Assembly: GCF_009914755.1 (NCBI RefSeq)
Contig: NC_060926.1
Direction: 5' to 3' (one strand)
From: the human T2T-CHM13v2.0 reference genome, Homo sapiens
DNA length: 64,000 bases
The position numbers and the translations under genes were made by a program. The notes beneath the pieces are model-generated. The model searched no databases. It saw nothing but the letters and a program-made list of their open reading frames with translations, and was not told where the DNA came from. This document shows, one piece after another, positions 54,520 to 64,000 of this stretch; the stretch's first letter is position 1; every line of letters begins with the position of its first letter.

Positions 54520-54753
54520 CCTGTTTGAAGCCATATTGCAGGTGATTACATTCTGGTTCTACTGCTTACTAGCTGTTGATCTTGAGAACATTATTTAATC
54601 TTGATATGGCTTACTGTTTCCATCTTTAAAATGGTAGTGCTTTATCAATAGTGCTATTCTGGTGTTTAATGTATGAAATACAGTTCTAAAGCACTTTGAA
54701 TAGTATCTGGCCTATAATAAGTATTTTGTAGGTATTCACTTTTACTATTATTA
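54520..54753 (+). mobile_element. MIR
   Basis: cttactagctgttgatcttg..catctttaaaatgg..taaagcactttgaatagtatctggc. Confidence 0.75.
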
Positions 54754-56123
54754 AAAAATCTGTTTTCATATGAATTTAAACACCTTAGGGAACTTTAGGG
54801 TGACTAGTTTTGTGGAGAATTAAGCTTAAGTTTTCTGTAATGTCATTTTTCAAACTCCTTTGGGGAATTCTTAAGAGAAATTTCATATTTATCTAGTTTA
54901 TCTTTTGAGTGCATGCAAACATAAATTTAAAAAAGTAAAAGACATACTTCTACAAATGGCCAATGGTCCATTTCATATGAGTTTGGCATGCTTTGTCAAT
55001 ATTTGAAGCTATTAGCAAACTCAGCAATATGATTTTATTAGAGATGAGTCATTACAATAATTAGTTTTGCATTAAATAAAGAGGCTTGTAGTGTTTACTA
55101 ACTAAGGATAATTAATTATCCTTCATTTTCAGCTTCTAATCTTATTTGCTGTAAAAGAAATTCCTGGTATTATAGAAGAGAGGCAAGGGATTGACATAAT
55201 TTACTGAGGAAGAGGATCTAAGTTAGAACTCAGAATATTGAGGAGAACTTTCAATAGCACTAAGTGTGAGTAAAGGCAATTTAGATGTGTCAAAATTTGT
55301 GGAAAAATGAACCTGAAGCAATAAAGAGTGCATTATTTGGAGAAGGTGGTGAGTGAACCACTTTAGCTGTAATAAAGTTTTATTGAATAGAAATGGTTTG
55401 GGAAGAGGAATCTGGGAATTATGGTAGAAAGAGAAGCACCAGGAATCTGTTTTTCCATTCAGATAACAATTGCTACAGTAGACATGTAACTATTGAGAAC
55501 TCTAGTCTATTGAAAGTGTGTAAATTTTATGGGAAGGCTTGAATGGAAGTTTGTGGTTAATTTTAGTTGACTTGAACTCTTAGCTCAGAAGCAGCTACCT
55601 ATCTTCGACCCCAGCCCCATGGCAGGCAGCTGTGCTTATGTTCCTGGAGCATGCATTCATCTTGCAGGAACCAGGATGGACAATGAGGGCCCTGTGATGC
55701 AAATAAGTAAGGATTTGTATTCTTATTGTTTATTGCCCCTTCTCATTATGAAATTGCAGATATAGAGGAAGGCAGCTATTGTTTCACATCCTTACACCCT
55801 TATAACAAGCTCCTCTCCCTCCAGCTGAAGTGAATTCTAAGGTGGTTAAAAGGCCAGTGCCCTTTCCTACTCTTCATTTTTCTCTTTTTTGAGGGATGTC
55901 AGCCATTAAAAATTAAGATATTCAAAGGCAACTGAATGTATGGGAGAAATTAGCAAGTCACCATACATGCACAGGGAAAGATGCAGGCTTACAAAAGATC
56001 TGAGAAGACTTTTTTCACATAAGGCTGATTCTCAGCATAAAGACAGCCTCCAACAATTACAAAAGAACCAACATAACAAAACAAAAGCAAAAACATAAAA
56101 TAGAAAACCATGGGAAATGGGAA

Positions 56124-56483
56124 TGTATTAGTCCGTTCTCATGCAGCTAATAAAGACATGCCTGAGACTGGGTAATTTATAGAGGAAATAGGTTTAATGG
56201 ACTCACAGTTCCACATGGCTGGGGAGGCCTCAAAATCATGGTGCGAGGCAAAGGAAGAGCAAAGTCACGTCTTACATGGCAGTGGGCAGGAGGGCATGTG
56301 CAAGAGAACTCCCCTTTATAAAACCATCAGATCTCATGAGACTTATTCACTATCATGAGAACAGCTTGAGAAAAACCTGCCCCCATGATTCAATTACCTC
56401 CCACCAAGTCCCTACCATGACATGTGGGAATTATTAAAATTCAAGGTGCAATTTCAGTGGGGACACAGAGCCAGATTATATCA
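56124..56483 (-). mobile_element. THE1B-like solo LTR
   Basis: tgtattagtccgttctcatgc..ggactcacagttccacatggctggggaggcctc..tatatca; TSD gggaa/gggga. Confidence 0.93.
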
Positions 56484-58490
56484 GGGGAGATTCTGATTTC
56501 CAGAGATACCAAAATTATTAGATTCAAATTGTCTGGTTTTCAACAATAAAAAAATTACAAAGAATACAAAGCAATAAGGAAGTATGGCCCACTCAAAGGG
56601 ATAAAAGACCCAACATCAAGAAATAATGGAAGTCATGGAAAATATGAAGAACATGATGTATGAACAAAATGGAAATACCAGTGGAGAGAGAGAGAGTAAA
56701 CCTAAAAGACACCAAATAAAAAGTTCTAGAGCAAAAGCTTACAGTAACTGAAATAACAGTTTTACTAGAGAGTCAAGATATACTTGAGCAGGGAGAAGAA
56801 AGAAGTAGTGAAACTGAAGATAAGACAAGTGAAATGATTGAGTATTAGGAACATAAAAAATAAAAGACTGAAGAAAAATAAACAGAACCTAAGGGACCTA
56901 TGGAATACCATCAAGTGGGGCAACATAAGGATTGTGGGAATGTTAGAAGTAGAAGAGGGAGATGAAGGGGTAGAAAAAATATTTTTAAAAATTAACAGCC
57001 CCAAATTTGATGAAAATCATTAGTATAAATAACCAAGAGCTCAAAAAATCCAAATAGGATGAACTCAGAGACCCACACCAAGACAAGTTACAATCAAACT
57101 GTTGAAAGACAAAGACAAAGAGAATTTTGAAAGCAACCTGAGAGAGGCCCTCCTCGCTTGTCACATACAACATATCCTTATCAGCAGATTTCTCATCAGA
57201 AACATAAGAAGCCACAAGACAGTGGGCTGATGTGTTCAAAATTCTAAAAGAAAAACAAAACAAATCAAAATCTGTTAACCAAAAATTTCATGTCTGGAAA
57301 AACTGTGTTTCAAAAGCAAGGGAGAAATTAAGACATTCTCAGATAAAGAAAAATTGACAAGAGTTACCACTAGACCTGCCCTGCAAGAATTACTAGTGGG
57401 AGTCCAGCAGGTTGAAATGAAAGTACACTAGGCAGTGATTTGAAGCCTTATAAAGAAATAAAGATCCCGGTAAATGTAAATACATGGGCAATTATAGAAA
57501 TGTATGTTATTGTTACAATGATTTGTAACTGCACTTTTTCTTTTCTACTTAATTTAAAAAGCTAAGATATTTAAAATTTTTAGTCTAAAAGCTAATATTA
57601 TTTTAACTTTAATTTGTATTTCACATTTTTTTAGACATAATTTAAGAAAGTAATGCCTTAAATGTCATTAGTTAATACCTTTGGATGTACAATATACAAA
57701 TATGTAATTTTGTGACTTCAATAATTGAGGGAGGTGAGGATGAAACTATGAATGAGCAACGTTTTTGAATGTTATTGAGGTTAAGCTTGTATAAATTCAA
57801 ATCAGCACTATAACTTTATGATGTTGCATGGAACCGCCATGGTAACAACAAAGAAAATAATAAATATACACAAAAGAAAGGAAATGAGAATGGAATTAAA
57901 ACATTCTACTATTAAAAATTAAACTCAAATAAGACAGTAATGTGGAAAATGAGGGTAACAAAAGATAAGGGATATAGAAAAGAAATAGAAAAATCACAAA
58001 AGTAAGTTATTCCTTATCAGTAATTACTTTAAATATAAATAGATTAAATTATTCAATTAAAAGAAACTAAGAAGATAAGTTTTAAAATATAATATGATTC
58101 AACTACATACGCTCTATAAGAAACTCACTGTAGATACAAAGACACAAATAAGCTGAAAATAAAAGAATGGAAAGAGATATTTCATGCAAACAGTAAGCAA
58201 AATAAAATAGGGGTTGCTATACTAACGTAAAAATAGGCGTTAAATCATAAACAGTTTTGAGAGACAAATAAATCAATACAGTAAGAAGATATAACATTTC
58301 AAACATTTATATACCTAATAACAGACCATCAAAATATATAAAGCTAAAAATGAATATAATTGAAGGGAATATATATATATATATATTTCTACCATAATTG
58401 TTGGTGATTTCAACACCATACTCTCAATAATAGCTAGAAAAACCAGAGAGAAGATAATTAAGAAAATAGAGGATTTAAAAAACACAGTAA

Positions 58491-58788
58491 GGCCAGGCGC
58501 AGTGGCTGACGCCTGTAATCCCAGCACTTTAGGAGGCTGAGGCGGGCGGATCACGAGGTCGGGAGATCGAGACCATCCTGGCTAACACGGTGAAACCCCG
58601 CCTCCACTAAAAATACAAAAAATTAGCCGGGCGTGGTGGCGGGCGCCTGTAGTCCCAGTTACTCTGAAGGCTGAGGCAGAATGGCATGAACCCGGGAGGC
58701 AGAGCTTGCAGTGAGCCGAGATGTGCCACTGCACTCCAGCTTGGGCGAGAGAGCGAGACTCCATCTTAAAACAAATAAATAAACAAAT
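58491..58788 (+). mobile_element. AluY
   Basis: gagatcgagaccatcctggctaacacggtg, gaatggcatgaacccgg and gagcttgcag diagnostics; TSD aaaaaacacagtaa/aaaaaacacaataa. Confidence 0.95.
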
Positions 58789-59179
58789 AAAAAACACAAT
58801 AAGCCAACTAGACTTAGCAGATGTATACAGAACACTCAACCTAACAACAGCGTACACGTTCTTTCACGGGCGTTTGAGAAATTCTTCAGGATGGATCATA
58901 CATTTTGCCACCTATTAAGTCTCAATAGCTTTTAAAAAATTATCACACAAAAGATCTTCTCTGATCACAATGGGATAAAGTTAGAAATCAATAACAAACT
59001 GAAAACTGAAAAATTTCTACATTTGTGGAAATTAGAAAACATTCTCTCAACCAGTGAGTTAAAAAATTACAGAAAAATTAGAAAATACTTAGAGATGAAG
59101 TAAAATGAAAGCACAACATACCAAAATGTATGAGATGCAGCAAAAACAGTGTAAGCGGGAAGTAGCTATATATACTTAC

Positions 59180-59607
59180 TGCTGTGGAATTAATGGTGTT
59201 CCCACAAAATTTATGTTGAAGCCCTAACCTCCAATGAGACTTTGTTAGTTTGTTGGAGATAAAAGTTTTAGGAGGTAATTAAGTTTGTACAAGATCATGT
59301 GTGACGCTTTAATCCAACAGGACTGGTGGCTTAAAAAACAGAGGAAGATCTCTCACTCTTTCTCTTGCTCTTGCTGTCACTCTCTTTCACTCTTGCTCTT
59401 TGTCTCTCTGTGCATACTCAAAGGAAAAGTCATGTGAGGGCAAAGCTGCCATCTGTAAGCCAGTAGGAGAGCTCTTACCAAAAACTGAAACATGTTGGAA
59501 CCCTGATCTTGGATTCTTTAGCCTCCAGCACTGTAAATAAATATATTTCTGTTATAAACTGCACTGTCTTTGGTATTTTGTTATGGAAGGCTGAAAGGAT
59601 TAAGACA
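59180..59607 (+). mobile_element. MLT1A-like solo LTR
   Basis: tgctgtgg..tatgttgaagccctaacc..gattaagaca; exact TSD CTTAC. Confidence 0.9.
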
Positions 59608-60141
59608 CTTACATTAGAAAACAAAAAAAGATCTCAAATCAACAACCTAATTTTACAACTGAAGGTACTCAAAAAAGAAAAACAAACTAAACCTAAAGAT
59701 AGTAGATATAAACAAAGTAGATAATTAAAAACAGAGAAAATCACTAAAATCAAAAGTTGGTTCTTCAAAAAAATCAACTAAATTGGCAAACCTTTAGTTA
59801 GCTTGACTGAAAAAAAAAAAAAAAAAAACAAGAGAAGACTCAAATTCCTAAAATCAGATTGAAAGTGGGGATATTATGACCGTTTCTACACAAATAAAAA
59901 GGATTATAATAGTACTATGAACAATTGTATACCAATAAACTGGATAACCTAGACGAAATGAAGATAGTACCAAAAATGCAAAACTTCGTAGTACAGTCAT
60001 GAAGAAATAGAAAATCTGAATAGGCTTATAGTTAATATGGATATTAATGCAGTAATCAAAAACCTCCTGGCCAAAAACATTCTGGAACTGATGGCTTCAT
60101 GGGTGAATTCTACTAAACATTTTTAAGAAAACCTAACACCA

Positions 60142-60405
60142 AGGCCAAGGCGGGCGGATCACCTGAGGTCAGGAGTTTGAGACCAGCCTGGCCAACATGG
60201 TGAAACCCTGTCTCTACTAAAAATACAAAGATTAGCTGGATGTGGTGGCAGGCACCTGTAATCCTAGCTACTCAGGAGGCTGAGGCAAGAGAATTGCTTG
60301 AACCTGGGAGGCAGAGGTTGCAGTGAGTTGTGATTTGAGATCATGCCACTGCACTCCTGCCTGGGCAACAGAGTGAGACTTTGTCTCAAAAAGAAAAACA
60401 AACAA
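60142..60405 (+). mobile_element. 5'-truncated AluSx
   Basis: Begins at aggccaaggcgggcggatcacctgaggtc; A-rich tail. Confidence 0.92.
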
Positions 60406-60673
60406 ACCAATATTTCTCAAACTTTTCCAAAAAGTCAAAGAGGAGAAAGCACTTCTTAACCCATTATCTGCCAGCATTATCCTGATACAAAAATCTATAC
60501 ATGCTACAAAAAACTTACAGATCAATTTTTCTTATGAACATTTATGTAAAAATTCTCAACAAAATACTAGTACAACAAATTCAACTGTGTAAAAGATTAT
60601 ACAACATAGCTAACTGGGATTCATTCTTGAAATGTAAGGATCATTCAATATATAAAAAACTGATCAATGTAAT

Positions 60674-61073
60674 TGTATTAGTCCCTTCTCACATCGCTAT
60701 AAAGAAATATCTGAGGATGGGTAATTTATAAAGAAAAGAGGTTTAATTGGCTCACAGTTCTGTAGGTTGTACAGAAAACATGGCTGGGAAGGCCTCAGGA
60801 AACTTTTACTCATGGCAGATGGGAAAGCTGGAGCAGGCATCTTCATGTGGCTAGAGCAGAGGAAGGGGGTGAGAGTTACCACACACTTTTAAACAAACAG
60901 ATCTTGTGAGAACTCACTCATTATCCTGAGAAAAGCACAAAAGTGATGGTACTAAACCATTCATGAGAAACCCACTGCCATGATTTAATCATCTCCCAGC
61001 AGGCCCCTCCTCCAACTTTGGGGAACACATTTAACATGAGATTTGAGTGAGGACACAGATTCAAATCATGTCA
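60674..61073 (-). mobile_element. MSTA-like solo LTR
   Basis: tgtattagtccc..gctataaagaaatatctgag..ggctcacagttctg..aaaccattcatgagaaac..catgtca; TSD gtaat/gtagt. Confidence 0.92.
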
Positions 61074-64000
61074 GTAGTATACTACATTAATGAAATTAAA
61101 GAAAAAAAACACATAATCATCTCAACTGATACAGAATAAGCATTTTTAAAAATTTAACACCCTTATATGACTAAAAAAAAACAACAAACTAGAAATAGGA
61201 GAAAAGTACCTCAACATAATAAATGTCATCATGTATGCAAAATGAACGGTGATCATTATACTTAATGGTCAAAGACTGAAAATAGTTTCTTTGAGATAAG
61301 AAACAAGGCAAGGATCCTTCCTTTTGAAACTTGTATTCACCACAGTACTGGAAGTCCTAGCAAAAGCAATTAAGCAAACAAAAAAATAAAATCAATTCAA
61401 ATGGAAAGAAAAATAAAATTATTTCCATTTACAGATTATATAATTTTATTTCTTTAAAAGCCTAGAGTCCACACACACACTCAGCATTTTAGAACTAATA
61501 AACACATTCAGCAAAGTACTAGGATAAAAAGTCAACACAGAGAAATCATATACATTTGTAAGTCTATACAATAACTGTGGGCAATCTGAAAGGAAATTAA
61601 GAAAATAATTTTATTTACAATAGCATGAAGAAGGATAGAATGCTAAGAAATTAACTCAGTCAAATAGATGAAAGACTCATACAATGAAAACTACAAAATA
61701 TGTCTGAAAAAAATTAAAGGACACATAATAAATGTAAAGGCATACCATGTTCATGAATTGGAAGATGTAATCTTGTTATGATGTCAATATGCCCAACACA
61801 ATCTACAGATTCAATTCAATCCCTATCAAAATCCAAATAATGTCTTTTTTGCAGATATAGAAAAGCCTATCCTAGAATTCGTATGAAATTTCATAGGGCT
61901 TCAAGTATCCGAAACATTTGTAAAAAAGAAGAAAGTTGGAGAACTCACACTACTGATTCAAAACTTACTACAATGTATAGAATTCAAAATAGTGTGACAT
62001 AAATTAACTGTGCTGGTACAAAGACAGTAATATAGACCAATGGAAAAGAAGAGAGAGTCCAAAAATAAACTTTCGCATTTATGATCAAATGAAGGTGCCA
62101 AATCATTGAATCAGGAAAGGACTATCTTTTTTAAACAACTGATACTGGAAAAACTGGATATCCACATACACAAAAAATAAACTCTTACCTAATATCACAT
62201 TCAAAACTTAACTCAGATTGGATCAAATATCTCAGCATAAGCTCTAAAACTATAAAACTTTTAGAAGAAAATATAAGTCAGAAGTTTGAAGATATTGGAA
62301 GGAATAAATGAATTGAATCATTTTGCAGTGCTTTCTTGGATATGACACAAAAGACACATGAAATTAAAAATTGACAAATTAGATTTTATCAAAACTTAAA
62401 ACTTTTGTGCATCAAGAACACTATCATTGGAGTAAAAAGGCAACATGTGGAATAGAAAATATTTCCAAATCACTTATCTAAGAAGAGGTTAATATAGAGG
62501 AATAAAGTATACAGGAGTTCTTATATAGAGGGATTCTAAAACGTAATAAAAAGAAAGCAACCTGATTAATTCCAAAATGGGCAATGAACCTAGATATCAA
62601 AAAATATGTAAATGGCCAATAAGTTCATCAAAATAGCAATTCCTATGGAAAGAAGTTTGATCTTAATATGAAGTGGAACCTTAGGAATTAACCATTTTCG
62701 GTAGGTAAACACAACTGAATATAGATGCCTTGATATAATTCCATCGCAGTAAGTAGCAAAGTGTAAGTTAAAGTGAGCTAACATTTCATGCCTATATAAT
62801 CATCAAAAGTTTAAGTTTGATAATACCATTTACTAGTGAGAATACCATTTACTAGTACACAATAGGGACATGTATATCCTGCCAAAGGACTACTAGTGAC
62901 ACAATGACCTTGAGGAACAAGGTTAATTTCCTTGTTCCTCAAGGTTAAGTTCCTTGTTCTTCAAGGTCAAGTTTGTAGAACTTAGTCGTGTTGAAGAAGT
63001 CCATCTCTAACCCTCAGAGAGTGCTGGTGGGCATTTAAAATGGTACAGCCTCTTTGGAAAACAGTCTGGTATCTCCTCAAACAATTAAACAGAAAGTTAT
63101 CATATGATCCAGCAATTCCATTCCTAGGTATATGCCTAAAAGTTCCCACAAACTTTGTACGCAAATGTCCACAGTAGAATTATTCATAGTAACCAAAAGG
63201 TGAGGAAAAACACAAATGTCTGCCAACAAATGAATGGATAAACAAAATGTGGTATATTCAAACAATGAAATTATTATTCATACAATGAAATTATTCAGCC
63301 ACAAGAAGAAATGAAGCACTGATACGTGCTACAGCTTGGATGAACCTTAAAAACATGCTAAGTGAAAGGAGCCAGTCTTCTTTCAGAAGTCAAATATGAT
63401 TTCATTTATGTGAAAGTCCAGAATGAGGAAGTTTGCAGGACAGAAAGGAGATTAGTGGTTACTTACAGTTGGAAGGATTGAGGGATCAGGGAGTGATAGC
63501 TAAAGTATATGGGACTTCTTTTTGAGATAATGCAAATTTTATAAAATTGACTGTGATAATAGCTGCACACATCTGTGCATACAATACAAACTATAAATCT
63601 GTAATTTTTAATGGGTGACTTGTTTGGTATGTGAAGAATAGGTGTTTTTCTAAAGAAAGAACTGGTAAGTCCTACAACAGTAAGTTAGGCATTCAGTTGA
63701 AAAGGCTTGTGGTGCAAGAAGGTGTGTCATTTTTCTTTTTAAACAAATGTAGCCTTATAAAGGTCAGAATTACTCATTGTAGAACGTTTTGAAATTGATA
63801 TAATTAATAAAAACAGAAAGTATACTTATCTATAATTGTATCACGAAGAATGGAATAATTTCAAAAATCAGGTGAAGGGATTTCACCTTTAGAAGGAAAA
63901 ACATAGTACTAATTAGAATGAATCTAGAATCAAGAAGCTCAAGTCCAGATTATTTTCCATTCTTTTCCTTACTCATTTTTTAAATTTATTTATTATTATT

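Larger units (their letters stand above)
55405..63655 (+). mobile_element. Near full-length degenerate L1MB-like LINE hosting five younger inserts
   Basis: Ordered 5'UTR, ORF1-like region (ORF 56838: KQNLRDLWNTIKWGNIRIVG), ORF2-like region and L1MB-type 3'UTR (gatagctaaag..aaaattgactgtgata), continuous across the inserts. Confidence 0.88.

Overview
AT-rich, CpG-poor primate DNA, most likely human, given the AluJ/S/Y, L1PA and THE1 elements. The only protein-coding sequence I can support is two short adjacent + strand exons, 50481-50533 (53 nt) and 50634-50715 (82 nt). They splice to IFHYSYTASYVIYNIHTREVWELNPPEVEDSVLQYAAWGVQGQQL, which I recognise as part of the extracellular beta-propeller region of DPP10 (dipeptidyl peptidase-like 10, a Kv4 accessory subunit); from memory these are exons 6-7. 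The ORF track misses both. The rest is long intron filled with old and nested transposable elements (L1, L2, MIR, Alu, MaLR/ERVL LTRs, DNA-transposon MERs) and microsatellites. Repeat subfamily names come from recalled consensus sequences and their boundaries are approximate. I see no new gene system, RNA gene or CRISPR-like array. The most unusual signal is a recurring set of local templated-copy or template-switch scars: a 150-bp non-tandem copy, a 100-bp inverted copy, a three-junction serial switch, and hairpin-plus-duplication motifs. There is also a twin-primed L1 inversion, an L1/THE1 deletion junction, and speculative splicing features (an in-frame 24-nt microexon candidate and a frame-neutral exon pair).
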